NCBI GenBank assembly: GCA_977862235.1
Contig: OZ374564.1
Span: 1,488,001 to 1,552,000 of the forward strand
Direction: 5' to 3'
Length of the DNA: 64,000 bases
From: Dudresnaya verticillata
Taxonomy: Eukaryota
Under the pieces are notes generated by a model. The model saw nothing but the letters and a program-made list of their open reading frames with translations, did not search any database and was not told the origin of the DNA. Both the position numbers and the translations under genes were made by a program. Positions 45,730 to 59,605 of the stretch are shown here, in pieces. The stretch's first letter is position 1; the number at the start of each line of letters is the position of its first letter.

Positions 45730-46940
45730 TGATCAGATTGTTCCGTATGCACACCTACCCTCGTACTGCCGATTTACCGCTTCCAGAAATGGCAGGCTTC
45801 ACTACCACTCTTCTCACTCTTCTGTTTCACATACAAGGGCTCCCTCCGCGACTTGCCTTCAGAGAAAGGAAAACCCGCAATGGACGGCGTCGACGTGATC
45901 GTCACGTAACGTGCACAGAAGTGCAGAGCCCAGTGCTCTCCCCGTTTATGGTATTGTTTCAGTCGATGTAAGACCAGTCGCTAATAATCGTGACGGGCGC
46001 GGACCACACCACCTTTGTCGACCTATTTTGGCGTTTCGAGCCGCTCTATAACCGTTACACGCCCTACTCTCGCGACGGGGCCATTCGTGTCATGCCCCTT
46101 CGGTGGGTTCGCTGAGGAAGACCGCGATCTCTCAATGCCGTGCAGTGCCTGGGTTCGTTGCTCACCTTGTATAGGACGGGTGGTGGTATGTGGTCTCTCT
46201 GCATGCTTTTCGGGTCAACATCTTGAGTTTGTTCCCTATTGTTTTGTTTTGCCCGTCGTCTGCTGCTTCGAATCCTTTCCCGTGATAGCCGAGCTAAAGT
46301 TGGCATGCCCGAAGAGATCGAAATTACCGCATTCAAAACGTAATTTGCGGCAAAGTTTCACGCCTTAAAAGACGTTTATGCAGTAGCAGATGGGCTCAAG
46401 TTGTACTCGGAACAGGCAGGCGACTTTGTGATACAGAATATCTTTTACAATGGGTGGACGCACGACCACCATGTAGGTAATGCACTCGTTTCGCCCCTAA
46501 TAGAACAATAATTGCTTGCGCGATGAATGCACCCGGTAGCATGCATGATTCTGTAATTGTAGAAAGGGGTTGTCTACGCAAAGCTGGAGTCCTGTTTCAA
46601 TTTGTACAATGGACAGTGCGTTATGGATTCTGCGTTTTCACAGGGGCATTAGCCGTTTCTAATAAATTCCGCACAAGATGAAACAGGAGCGGAGGGCCCC
46701 GACGAGATCTTCAAACGTAAGCAGGAGACATCTGCAAGGCAGGCTTCGGAATGGGGAATGCGGGCGTTCCAAAATACATCTCCAAGAATGAAAGACCCGT
46801 TTATTTACGAAGAACATGGCGAGAGAAAGCTAATGCTGCTCTGCACAGTGCATCATTTTAATCTCCGGAAAGATTGGTAGGCATAAGCCACATTCAGTCC
46901 TCTTACATGATGCACCTAAGCGTAGAGGCAAATATGTTTG
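45730..46940 (+). pseudogene. PIF/Harbinger (HARBI1-like, DDE_Tnp_4) transposase remnant
   Basis: 'VYAVADGLKL', 'FYNGWTHDHHV', 'NAPGSMHDS', 'VMDSAF', 'TSARQASEWGMRAFQ'. Start coordinate is approximate. Confidence 0.85.
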
Positions 46941-46959
46941 TGCATGAGACCTTACACAT

Positions 46960-47750
46960 CTAATCGTGATCTTTGGGAGGTGAAGCACCTGGATGGGGTA
47001 CCTGACCACGCGTCAGCGCGACCATTATCATTTCCATCCAATGCGAATGTCTTCGGGTGCCTTCTTCGCGTCGTTTGCACTCTTCAGCTCTGTCTTCCGC
47101 TCGTTGAATGCTTTCCGCTTCCCCATGCTGCTTTTCCTGAATCCAGAAGAGCTTTAGGACCTCCAAAATGTCATCCGAGCCGCTGCTGCTCGCTCGTGAC
47201 GGGTTCTGCCGGAACACCAGAGGACGTGGTTCCCCCGAGGATCATGGTTGCTGAAGGTCTATGCCAGCTGTCGCAGCTGGTGCCCCACCACTTCCGTCGG
47301 TGTCTGCACCTTCATTCGAGAAAAATTCGTTTTCTGCACTCGATTCGCACACGCCCGTGTTATTCCCGTCTGGCAGCACCTCATCCACAACCTTTGCAGC
47401 TTCCTCAGCGTCCCCAACATCATCGCGTTCGCACATGTGGTATCTGATAGACTTGGCCTTGCGCACATCGATGGGCATGCGGGGGTCACCCGTCGGTATC
47501 TTGCGACGGTGAAGAGTAGAAAGCTTGCGTTTGAGGTTGTGAACCTAACGGCGTTCATGCGGAAAGGTCAACCCGTGGCTTCTCGCTACAACCTCCCACT
47601 CCTCCCTGAAAGTTGGCAGATGCGTTTCCAATAAACCAAGTAGGTGATGCACCTCGACTTGCGCAAACTCACTTCCCCGGCTTTGTGCGGCTGATCGTCT
47701 TGTTTTTGCGATGCGTGGGCGGTGGATGGTAGTTCTTAACTGCAGCACTG
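46960..47750 (-). pseudogene. Myb/SANT-like (DUF6818-like) partner ORF of the Harbinger element
   Basis: 'EVHHLLGLLETHLPTFREEWEVVARSH...LKRKLSTLHRRKIPTGDPA...IDVRKAKSIR'. Convergent with the transposase. Confidence 0.7.
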
Positions 47751-48290
47751 CATCAGCGGCAGGCGGAGAAGGATAGTTTCCACCACAACCGCATACAGCT
47801 GCCGATGATGGTGGCCGCGGTTGTACTGACGTTGTTCCCGCATTTCCGCTTTGGAGCTGACGAACCGTGTTTTTGTCCGTGGCCTCCTTTGGCGGAGAAG
47901 AGCTCTGAATTCCACTAGTGATAGCGGTGCGACGTTCGGCGCAGGAAAGGGATTGGCGTGCACGCCAGGAAGCTGCATAGCTGTGTGTTGCTTGCGAAGT
48001 ACACAGTTTTCCTTCGGATGTTAGGGGCGGGTGTGGTGTTTGGTGGTGGAGCGAAAGCCGCTAGGGAGGTTTGGATGTTGAAACACAAGGACGGTGTGGC
48101 CGTTTCGGATTTTGCGCACGAATGGTACCTCATTTTGGGTATTTGTTGCGCAAAGAGCAGACAGTCTGACGAGGGGTCCCCATATCCCTCCACGGGGTAT
48201 TGCTCGTGAACACATCAGCAAAGGGCAATCAGTATAGTAAGTTTGGTATTGCACAATTTGGGATTTGTGTTTTCAGGAACAGCCCATTGT

Positions 48291-49169
48291 AGTGGTGCAA
48301 ACCGTCTAGAGATGAGGAGCACCTCCGGGTAGTTCGATCCTGGTGGGTAGCACGCTGGTAGCGAGGGTGTGGTAGAGCGAAGGGAACACGCCGAGGGCGG
48401 ACTGTAAACGCCCTGGGCGGTAGGAGTGGAAACAGAGCTACAAAGAGAGAAAAGGAGAGAAAGAGAGACGCGTCAGGGACGTAGACGGACGCGGAAGCGC
48501 GGGCGGAGTTGCGCAGTTGCCTTCGTTGGTAACGGGAGGACGCACTAGCGAAGGGGCTTCAGGTCCGGGGCCGGCTTGCCGGGATTTACTCAATGTCCCA
48601 TAGGGTTACCTGATATACTATCGCTACGATGCGGACGGCGGCGGCATGGCGTGGCGCGCGGGAACTCGGGACGTGTGTCACGGCACCGCGCGTCTGACAC
48701 GTCGTCGTAGTCATGCAGCCGCGTACGCGCGGGTAAGGAGTAGCTTACAGACGTGCGCGCGCGTAACAAGTAGCTTACAGGCGCGCCCGCACGTCGGTAG
48801 AGATGATCCGGATTCGGATCCCGATCCCTGTCAGCATTGCTGGCACGTGGTCATTACAGGCGCACGCCTTACCTTGTAACGGGTCCCGATCTGATCCCGA
48901 TGCCCGGTCCAGATCCAACCCGGATCTGGGCCATATTTACAGACGCGCGCCTTACACCTCCTGGATCCCGATGGGTGATCCGGATGCGTGCCGCGTCAGG
49001 CGTACAGTGCCTGGGCCGCCATGCCCGTGCGCGATTGCGGCGTCCGTATGCCGTTGGGCCGACCGTCCGTGACGTGTTCGCGCGCGCCAACAGCAGTTGG
49101 GACTGCCCATCGGTCGACGCCTTATTTCACGCTCAGAGCGAAAAAGGGGCTCACCCCCCTTGCATCACA
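48291..49169 (-). mobile_element. Solo LTR, family C
   Basis: (A)GTGGTGCAA...TTGCATCACA with TSD ATTGT / ATTGT. Homologous to 24349-25243. Confidence 0.88.
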
Positions 49170-49979
49170 ATTGTCAGCAGTTTTCATATGGAATCTAAAC
49201 TTAGCCACTTGTAAAGAACACCCCCACAGTGAGGCTTAGGGACTAAGACCCAGTGGATGGGGTAATGGGATGAACTGCCGATTTACACAAATAGTAGGAC
49301 GCTGTAGAGCACGGGAGAAGAGACGAACCGAATGCGCATGAATAACGTTCTATCTTACTATGTATGCTATTGTACATACGATACTGTGTAGTTTTTTTCA
49401 CATTATTAGATCCTTTATGCATCTTGCACTGGCGTACCAACTACCTGGAAGACCAGTTCGCAATCAGCCCACACCTGTCAGCCTGTCTTACCTGAAAAGG
49501 AAATGTAACCTTTATCGTAAAAGCCGTACTTCTTCCGGAAATGAGTAATGCCAGTTAGTACCAGTTTGGTATCACTTAAGGGGGGCGCCAGCTGGCTTCA
49601 GAAAGGACTGAAATATGTGGCATGAAAGCTTAAGTGCAAAGCCGTGGGTGGGTGGGAGCAAGGACGGAACTTGCCGCACAAGCTCCGTGGGAAGCAGGCC
49701 GTAGCGTTCTTCTAGTACCTCGTCCTAGCTACTGTATTTTATTGACCCTCTTCCAATTCTTAGTTTATCTCACAATCTGATAGCTATATCGTAATTGGTC
49801 ATACTGTTCGTATACAGTATTACTGCAGTTATCGTCGATAGCCTTCGATCCTCTGTGAGGTATAAGCGCGGATCGCAAGTCGACTCCGTGGTCTACGTAA
49901 AAAGAATAGAGAAATACGAATTTAAAGTGACTCCGTGATTACGCGTGTCGCGATGGCCCTCGCATTACTGCGCCACTGT

Positions 49980-50760
49980 ATTCCATATTGTCGACACCTC
50001 CGTATTCTTTCCGTTGTTCTTGCGCACGGTGGGTGTGCACCTTCGTATACAGTGATGGCGTATCTCTAACCACCACGATACGCGAGACTAACGTTCGTGG
50101 GCTCGGGGGCCGTTACGAATTAGCCGAGTGCGAACCGTGTCCCGGGTTGACGCGTATTCGTGCTCGAGTAATAGTATTTAGAGAGTCGTCTGGAACGACC
50201 TCCGATGATTTTCGGCAAGCGACTAACACCCGGACCTCAATGTCTACGGCAAACGCTTTTTCCTTCATGTGAAGTTTCTTCGAGTTTGTGTTCACGGACA
50301 CAGTCTAGTTTCGCTTTCGATAGCCCCGCGCACCTGGAATCATCCCCGGCGATCGCTATCTCGCAGTTCTGCCTTCCGCACACGTAGTCGTTGACACCGT
50401 GGTCCTCGGAGTCGGTCGCCCGGCTCTACCACGCTACCCCTCTTTCCTTTCTTCGGTTCACTTTTGGCTACAAGGCCACCTGTTCGGCTCCAAGGCTATC
50501 GCTTGCAGTGCGAGACTTCTCCGCGTCACCGTGGACTATTCTTTATACCGCACTGTGTGGTGTGATCCGCGTAGCTTTGCAACACATGAAAAGCCCGCAA
50601 CGAAGAGAAGATCGGAGAAAAGTTTCCACGCTTATTGCGGGGAGGTGTCGACGACGATGCGATGAGACACCGCACATAATGGCTCATTTCCATATTGAAT
50701 TTCACTCTGCCGTCAAAGCAAACATTAATATCCATACTGTCTGTTGCCCGCAACGACAGG
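49980..50760 (+). mobile_element. Possible very decayed tyrosine-recombinase (DIRS-like) fragment
   Basis: Weak resemblance only: 'STANAFS..SFFEF' and 'FLRFTFGYKAT...LAVRDF...IRVALQHMK'. No intact catalytic motif. Confidence 0.25.
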
Positions 50761-50814
50761 CCTCTTTGAACGATCGCCGGAATAGGGAAACCGGCGAGGA
50801 TCTGTCTTAATACT

Positions 50815-51417
50815 TGTGGCATATAAGTCAGGTCGAACTGGACGTCTATGATGGCTGGTCTCGTAGTCGCACCTAGACCTGTCGATGGGTGGTGGTAGCT
50901 GTGTTAGAGGGGTGGTGTCGGCCGTGCGCGTGCGCCGAAGACGGTCGCGGATCGGACAGCGTCGAAGCCTCAGCGCGCACGGGGCGGACCGTACGTGGGC
51001 TGCAGCGGCCGGATCCCAGTATCACCGTTGTGGGATGACACAAATCCGACGGTCGGAAAAGGAAGAGCTTAGACGGCTAGGAGAAGGGAATTCGTAGAGC
51101 GAAAGGAACCCGGAAGGAATCCCAAAAGAAGATTCGAGTGCCAGTGCAGGCCGGATCGTTGTTGTGTCTACTTAGCCATGGCTGTCGACAGGCATTAAAT
51201 TGACTAAATACAGTACGCTCCGACACCAAGGCGGGAGGTGCCCCGGCGTGCACAGAGACGTTTCGACACGCGCACGGGCTACCCGGGGGCACGCGCGGGC
51301 GTAATGGTCCACCGCATATTCAACGGCTCGATTGGGGAGTGTGCGTGCGCCGTGCGCCGTGCACGGGACGGCGCACAGGACAGCAAGGCATTCGAACAAC
51401 GCTTAATTTATACTACA
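50815..51417 (-). mobile_element. Diverged D-related solo LTR
   Basis: The minus strand starts TGTAGTATA. Shares 'ctgggatccggccgctgc' and the 3'-terminal segment with D LTRs. No TSD seen. Confidence 0.7.
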
Positions 51418-51658
51418 CTATACACGCAAAACATTGACGTACGAATTACACAGGAGTGTCAGTGTCACACGCGAACACGCGTACGCTTGGGCGACACAGC
51501 ACACTTCGTTCGAGTTCATCGAGGCTTCGGCGCAAGCGTCTGACAGCGTGCGCACAGCGTGGCACACGTGAAGCAGCTGGGCTTGCAGCTGCGTGTCCGT
51601 GGCACAACTCGTCTTACAGTTGCGCGTGCGCTGCTGGTCTTACAGCTATGCCACAATA

Positions 51659-53190
51659 TTAAATTCTGAGGCTATGAGATGAATAATAGCAATGGGGAGG
51701 CGGATAAACTTGTACCTGATGTACTATTGGTCTCAAAATAATTTTGATGTCTAATGCAGACGGTGATATTCCGTTTGTATGCCCAGTAATTGGACGTTGC
51801 TGATCTTTTAGTCCTACATTGAAGTACCGCAGCTGTAGAGCCAGTGCATTTTCATCACCAGATCCATAGCAGGTTACGATATATGCAGGAGCGCTACGTA
51901 TTTTTCTCCCCTTCATAGAACGCGACCTGTAAGATATCGTAAGTGATGAAGTACCTGTAGAGTTGGACGGTGACCCGAAAAATCCTACATGCTCGCGCAA
52001 CAAAGCTCCGGCTGAACCCTCACTCCAGGGCATCAGAAACTGAAACTCTATCATTGCGGTGTTTCTCTGTACCTCTGATCCATCTTCTATGCCAAAATCA
52101 GCTGGCAGTGCCGTATGAGTGTCTTGGTGGTTTCCTTGGGCATCGCCTGCTCTTTGAAAGGCCTGTCACAGTTGAAAAGTAGTTCTGTAAGTAATTGACG
52201 TGAACTCTATCTTGTTCAAATAGAGTATCCTTTGTAGGCCAATACGGTCCCCCCTGAGGCTGGGAGAGGTGATGTCCCTCACTCTCGCAAAATCTTGGAA
52301 AATTGGACCATTGGGAGGACTTAGTTGCATTAGTGCTCCTGGCAATGCTATGTCGGAAGACATAGCGGTTTAAGGATGCTCTTCCGGATGAGGTATTGGG
52401 CAATTGAGACCTGAGAGGGTCCACGATAGACCCGGATGCCGTTGACCGACTTCGACTAGAAGCAATGAACAAGCTGGATCAGCGTGAGAGCTCCTGAACA
52501 AAGGCCCCCGTGATGGTCTCAGCTTGCGTTTCAAAACCATGACGCTCTGTAAGAGCCGCCACCAGTTCGTTCCTGGGCAAAACGGAGGCACTAAGATACC
52601 ATACGCCTTTTCTGTTTTCAGCTTGGTACGTTTTTCTTCCAACCAATGCGGGGGAGGGTTCCAGGGCCTGCTGCGGCCGTCTCCCCATTTTTCGCTAATC
52701 TGAGCTTGAATCACTTTCGCGCGTGCGGTTCTTGTTTCTCCTAGGGACCAGTATCGCTGGAAAAGCTGTAATAGGAACGATTCCTATGGCAATTTCAAGA
52801 TGACAGGCGTGGCTCTGAGGTCTCGTGGGTTCCAGATCCGGCTGAGGCGGTCCGCCTATTTGTTCATTGCTGACGGAAGTCACTCCGTCCTAATCTGAAT
52901 CTTCATTTGTTCCAAGAGGCTTTGTAGCTTGCGGATATCAAACATGAGCACAGGGGCTAGGCAAAATAGTGTCGGTTATTACGCGTAAGACGGCTTGGTT
53001 GTCGACGTGTGGTAATACGCGTTGGTTGCAGCCAGACAAAATTGTACGTACTGCTGCGGTCTCCAAAGATTTCCGAACAACCGCAAGCTCTCGCAAATTG
53101 ATGTTCTGTACACTACGAAATGGTGGGCAGGTTGCTTGCACTTCTAGTTCCCCAAGGGCCCCGGGTCTAAGATCCTGGCCTAACACCTAA
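51659..53190 (-). mobile_element. DIRS-type retrotransposon remnant: RNase H, methyltransferase-like domain, tyrosine recombinase
   Basis: RH 'INLRELAVV...VDNQAV...IRTE*LPSAMNK*ADRLSR'. MT-like 'WNPPPHW...ILVPPFCPGTNWWRLL'. YR 'SIARSTNATKSSQWSNFPRFC' and 'YSSHSLRI' (HxxR). The order is that of DIRS elements. Confidence 0.8.
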
Positions 53191-53199
53191 CTCGCGACT

Positions 53200-56100
53200 C
53201 ATCCGAGTCGCACAATCTAGTAATGTACTGCCGGACAGTGAGCCATGGGTCCCCTTGACTTGTTCGGCGAAAGGAACGTATTTACTGGAGTCACTCCAAC
53301 GATTGTACGAGCGCCATCAAGCCTTTGTAACGAATGGTATCCTCGACATTCAAGATAATACACTCTTTCATGTCAAAGTCGCCAACGTTTCTTCCCGTCC
53401 TCAGCTGCTATCCAGGAACCGGAGCTCCCGCAAGGCTGTACTGTCTCGGCAGGGCTATACTGGCGCCCGAAAGGATGCCTGCCTACGCTGTCTCCGTTGA
53501 GGACAATTCTTCTGACAATGACTTGCTTCCCTCCTCCGAAACATTCTCCGAGGTAGGGGGCTTGCTGCTGCTCTCGAGAGGGATACAGGTGCTAATCCTG
53601 GTATCAAAATTGCAACTTCAGCATCTCCGGATATGACGGTCGATGACCTATTTTTGGAACACCTGTCCACATCGGACTGGCTCCGTGTGCGCAAAATGTT
53701 GAAACCATTTGCTGGTATGTGGAACGGACAATTTCGCACCATCAAGGTGACCGAACACCGCATTAAGATCCCAGAAGGTTCAAATCCTGTTTTTACTCAA
53801 CCTTACCGGTTGGGCCCGAAGTCTCGTCAAGCCTACCAGGATGAAGCCGAGAACATGCTCAAGGAAGGCGTTATAGATCCTGCACGCTCTGCTCTTTCGA
53901 GCCGAATACTCTTGGTTAAGAAGTCTGACGGGTCGCTACGCTTCTGCGTTGACTATCGCCAGCCCAGTGTTACTACCGTCAAGAATATGTATACTATACC
54001 CCGTATGAGTGAGTGCCTAGACTCCCTGGACGAAGCCCAAGCTTTTACAGCCTTGGACTGTGATTATGGTTACTTGTTTCCCGGAGGATGAGCATAAGAC
54101 AGCTTTCACCTACCACGCAGGCTGCTTTAAGTTTTGCAGAAGGCACTTTTGGGCTATGTCGCTCTCCGGCGACCTTTCAAGAAACGGTTGACATGCTCCC
54201 ATCAGAATTTCGATGGAGATTGCGTCTCGTTTACCTCGACTACTTCATAGTGTTCTCGACGACAGTCAATGAGCACCTATCGAATTCTAAAAAGATTTTC
54301 TCCGTACTGCAGGAAGCTCGGATGTCCCTGAAGCTTAAAAGTGTAAATTGTTTACAAAACATATCGATCACTTGGGATACGTCCATTCATCTGGTGTACT
54401 GGAGCTGGAGACCAATAATGTACAATCGATCTGAGACTTCAACAAACCAACAATACGGATCCAGTTACGGTCTTTTACTGGATTTTGCAACGACTACAGG
54501 CGATTCATGCCTAAATTCACTCGTGTGGCACCGCCGTGCAGCGCCCTCCCACATAAGGAAGTGTGTCTTGATCGTTCCCATTTCAGTACACGTCAACGAG
54601 ATACATTTCAATTTTGAAGAAAGTGCTCATAGCGCCGCATATACTGAAGCTCCCATAGAATGGTAAACCTCTATCAGTTGATACCGACGCCTGAGACTAT
54701 CAGATCAGCGGGGCGCTAATTCAAACGGAAGAAGACGGGAGGCAGTATCCGATAGGGTTTTAGAGCCCAGATCTGACGAAGGCCGATAGGAACTGCTCTA
54801 TGAGCGAAAAGGATTGTATATCAATTGATAAGAGGTTTGGGAGGCAGAAGTGCTCAGACAGGCCCGATCTAGAAAGTTCCAATTTCAACCTATTCACCGA
54901 TCATCAAGCCGTGAAATGGATGATGAGCATGACTTATGCTTTGGGACGATTCGGCCGATGGAGATTAGCCTTCTGGATTACGATCTAACCGTCCAGCACC
55001 GAAAGGGGAAAAAGAACCAGAAATCGGGCACTGTCTCCCATCTACCGACTTAACGTTTCACGCCATAAGAAAAGAATCTCGAGATCCCATGATTAGTCAT
55101 CCAGACTGATAAAAGGCGTGAATCCTGCGAAAATACGGGATCTGAATCTACTCCGCTACCGTTGAAAGCTTGCGAGATCGAACCCATCGAAGAGCCAAAA
55201 TTGGACGACGAGTTGATGATGGCCCGAATGGCCGAGAAGGATTCCGGCCTGAAGGGACTGTCCCTCGTCACTGTGGAAGCGTTGCTCCGGGAGCAAAATA
55301 TAGCTGGATTCTGTATACGGGTTCGACGGAACCTCGAAGCAAGAAGGCCTTGTTGCTATCTTGAAGATGAATGAGGACTTCTTGTCCAGAAGTCGTATAT
55401 CCACAAGGCGATACAGATTCTTGCTCCTCATTCTTTTAGCGGGAGGGCGTTGACCTTGACCACTACACCGAGATAGCGGACAACCCGGTGGCATCCATAT
55501 GTACCAAACCTCCGGATATAAGTGTATTTGCCGGGAATGGCGTTAGATGTGTATAATGCAGTTCGGAATTGTGCCACGGGCGCTCGAAAGCGTGTGCAAC
55601 TGCGGAAAAAAGCTTCCCATTCGAATTTCTTCCAGGCAACGATGCCGTTGGAGTTCTTCGGGGTCGATATACTGGGTTCACTACACTGCCCCGGGAAAGG
55701 GAACGACTTCCTGTTCGTAATGACAGAACGATTCTCAATGCTGCCTCAGGCTGTGCCAGTGAAGATGGTGACAGTCTACACTGCTGTGAAAGCTTTCTGC
55801 CAGTTTTTACATACGGTACACCGTTATATCGTTTCAGAACATTGGTCGCATTTCGCGTCCAAGTTCTTCCTCGCAATGTACAATATCCTACGGATCCGGA
55901 ACATGTTCACATGTTCACATCAACATACCGTCCCCAGACGAATGCACATACCCAGAGGTTCAACTGTACCCTCAAACGGGTCTACGACACGTCATCGCGG
56001 AAGACCAAAGGCACTGGGACGGGATTACCTCAGCGCTCACGTACGCTTACAACAACACCGTGCATCACGCTACAGGGTTAGCCCCTTTCGATTTGGTTAT

Positions 56101-56620
56101 GTCAAATCCACCGTCTTCCCTCGTGATGTAACAAGCGGAAAGGGTGGACATAGACCAAATACCAAATTTAATAATCGTCTAACCACAGGGCTGGAGAATC
56201 TTATTAATACATCACTACCGACGATACGGCTAGTGTAATGTCGCTACGAGACCAACTTCAACAGATTCGGCCGGCCAACCAAAACGTAAGCCCTGGCATA
56301 CGGGCCTTCCTCGAGCGAGAAACAAAGTCAAGGGCACTTCAAGTTTCCCAAAAGAAGAGAAACGTTCCCGTAAGCCAAAAGGATTCCTCTCCTGAGGACC
56401 TTTTACGGCACTCAGGCCATTTGAAGGCCTTGAGAGAGGAACCCAAGTCGTGGTCCTCGACACACAATCGAGAGAGAAACAATCTCTTCGGATTGGGTCA
56501 CTTTGACCCCTTCATCCTATCAAGCGCAAACCTCACGAGGTGTACGTCCCTCCACGGTGGGCTTGCCACCGGACACAGATGGAACACCTCCAAGAATCCC
56601 AAGCGGACCTCCCAGGGGAA
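53200..56620 (+). pseudogene. pol: Second, more decayed Gypsy pol (RT, RH, INT) related to D
   Basis: 'KKSDGSLRFCVDYR', 'LVYLDYFIVFS', 'FTDHQAVKWMM', 'GVDILGSL', 'YRPQTNAHTQRFN'. Confidence 0.88.
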
Positions 56621-56932
56621 CTAGTCCAAGGCCCATTGGTCCTGTACTGAACACCGAGCCCAGCGGTAATGAATAAGAGTGTCCAGAAGCACTCGGTCTA
56701 GAAGCCGAGATACCTCCCAACACCCAGCGGTAGGTGCAACTTGATGATGCCGGTATGGTGATTCATAAGCCGCAATTCAGTCCGTCCGCCCATCGGACAC
56801 CCTTAATTAGCTCATTTGAGCCACTACGACCCGACCAGAGACAGGATAATGCTCTTACAGATATTGGGCCTAGTGATCCCATCCGTGCGCCGATAGCGGT
56901 TGAAAGGAGGTGAGGTCGCACATTTTCACGAT

Positions 56933-57200
56933 TGTAGCATAGGCCTCGGGTCGATCCGACTTCTAGCGAACACTGGACCGAAGCCGCCACATAGACCCGT
57001 CGATGGGTAGCTAGTGTTATAGCGGTTTCGGCTTCGCACGCTCCCGCAGGTGCGGATCGACGACGTCGATGCCGGAGCGCGCACAGGGTATACCGCAGGT
57101 GGGTGGGCAGCGGCCGAATCCCAACGTCCCTGTTGAAGAGCTGCACGAAGCCGACTGGAAAGGAAACGAAACGGAAGGAGAAAAAGCATAGCGAGGCAAT
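56933..57200 (-). repeat. Fragment (3' third) of a D-family LTR
   Basis: Reverse complement of the D LTR end (gggtcgatccgac...gaagccgccacatagacccgt). Confidence 0.8.
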
Positions 57201-57224
57201 TTGGACGGGGGCGACGGCCTGACC

Positions 57225-59287
57225 GCCAAGGGAGCATCACAACCCCGAGACACGGCAGCGGACTTGGAAGGGGGCGCAGCGGCACGTAGAACCGGCGCCG
57301 CAGCGCGCATCATCACACAAAGATAGGGTTGAGCTTCTGAGGCCACCACGGCAGCGGTGGACCCTGGTGCCGCACCTAGAACTCGACGGCCGCGCGACTT
57401 GGCGGCTCGCTCGACGCGAGCCACATCCGCCAACGGGGCGTATCCACAATCCCGCCGCAGCGCGCGCGTTGGATTTTTTGAAACGTCCTCGCCAGGGGGT
57501 TGACCCCACAAATGTACGCGCCGACGCATGTTGCGAAATTGCGGCGGCAGATATGCTTATCACGGATCCGAATCACATGACGCACAGTGGAAAACAGCTG
57601 CTTAAAATCAAACGTCATTGCAGTGCAATGAGTCACTGCAGTGCAATGAGAGCCCGCCATCCCTCGAAGGTGCGGGAAGCAGGAGCGCCTGCTGAGCCAA
57701 AATCCATCGAGGTAGACTAGCAAGCAGTAGCCGATGGCCCAGCAGATATCCATCGGCAAAATATCAGAGGCGTAGCGACGCCCTACCTCAAAGGCAATAC
57801 TCATCGGAGCACCTATCGAGGAGCTCTCGGCGAGCTTCCTTACTTCCCGTTCTGGAAGTACGGCTGGGCCAAGGGACATCCGTGCCAGCTGGCCCGTCCC
57901 GATGGGAATACCATTCTGCTGAGGGAATCACGACAACTCGAGCGCTGGGTGCAAGCTTTCACCCGTGGTGATGAGCCAATCACCGGGGGAGCGGAAAGTC
58001 GCCCAATCCCGCTCCCCCATACATATCCCAAGGAACCGGCGTGCGCAGTCAACATCTGCCAGACCCCGCGCCTCCTCGGGCGTCTCCTCGACGGGTATGG
58101 CCCTCCACCAGCTCATCGAGACCGCAAGGAGCTTATGAAACCCATTAACGGGTTTCAGAAAAGGCCTTCGCCGCCCTTATCCACGGTCAGCAGATGCTTA
58201 ACTGTAGTTAAGAACGAGACGTCACACGGTAGGCCGTTCGGTACGAGCCATATTGACATCGCAGAAGACATAAAGACGGTATAGGCAGCGGTCCCGCCAT
58301 CATCGCTTGCGTCTGCCACGCACAGGAGATGTTGGAAGTCAATCCTTGGCACGGGCAACCCAGGCCACTGATCCAGCGGGATCTAGTGGCGTGGTGCCTG
58401 CCATGCGAAGACAGTGGGAGGAAACTCATCTGCTGTCGGGACCACGTCACCAAGGCACGACGGCCCTATAGTAACCGAAACCACGCGCATGGTCGCGAGC
58501 GGCGGGTGAGATGCAGCTTCGGTGCACAGAGGAGTTGTATCAACGGTAGCGGCCGACAACGTTCCAGAGCGTTCGACGCCCCTGAGACAGGGTCCCCTTT
58601 CGACAAGGTGACGAGACCTCGACGTGGCACAAAAGGCACCGCAGCGGGCGGCATGATACCACCCTTCGCCGGAGAGGCCATCGACGCCCCCGTTATGGTG
58701 AGGGTGCGCACCAATGACGGTGGATCTACGCGCCGCACTGGGGCGGGCACTAGGGCAGAACTCGCCTCCTTTGGGCAAGGAGCGGCATCGGCCGCTCCAC
58801 TGCGGTCCACAGTTACCAGGTCATGCAGCGGTGGCGTCTGGTCCTCAGTCATTATGGGGGCGCTGCAAGCGCCAATCGCAGGGCCAGGACGCATCCGTTG
58901 CACCATTGGGGGCGCAGTGGTGCCCGTGTGGGCAACGAACACGGGCTCAACGATGCCCGGGTTAACTGCAGCAGCGCGGATCGATAACACTGCGGGCGCA
59001 GCGGGCAAACCTACAGGCCCCCGCAGTCTGAGCCAGCGCAGAAGCGCCCGCCGCATTAGCAACAGTAACAGCGGGGCCCGTGGGCACGAGATCCGTCGCT
59101 ACAGTAGGGGGCGTGTCCATCGGCGCAAGGACCCCGAGGAGCAGCGTGCTCTAGAGGGCGGTGCTAGCACCGCCACCGGCACTACCGGCTCAGCCATCGA
59201 TGGCGCGCCAGCAGCCGGAAGCCGGGTTGGAGTTGGCGCCCCTTCGGTATGGCCGCCACGATCGGCAGATGAGCGAGTCTTAGATAT
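57225..59287 (-). pseudogene. Second copy of the D antisense ORF (C-terminally truncated, decayed)
   Basis: 'ISKTRSSADRG' vs 'MAKKRSSATRG'. Also 'VADASDDGG..AY...IWLVPNGLPCDVSFLTT..LL.VDKGGE', 'ETPEEARGLAD.DC.RR.L..CMGERDWA' and 'FEVGRRYASDIL'. Confidence 0.88.
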
Positions 59288-59605
59288 TATTGCTTAACGC
59301 ACGTCGAAGCGGGTGTAAGCGTCGACGCGGAGTGGGGGAGGGGAAAACAAAAAATGTACGGAACCACGACAGCGGTCAGTGGTATGCTTGAGGGCGTTCT
59401 TGGGGGAAGTAGGAAGCCTGTGGGGTGCGATGCCTGCGATCGCCTCCAGGCTAAGCAGGGGCGGCCCCTTTTATGCGCAGTGGCGCAGAGACGGGCTGAT
59501 CGCGCGTACACTGTCGACGGGCATACACACATGGGCCCCTTGGTAACGGCTACTCAGGCGCGCCATCGTGGCCCTGGGCCTCAGTGGGAGTGCGCGAGGG
59601 GGCCG

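Noticed and set aside
58329..59297. 322-aa plus-strand ORF
   Set aside because: Shadow frame of the GC-rich antisense ORF. Conservation is on the minus strand.
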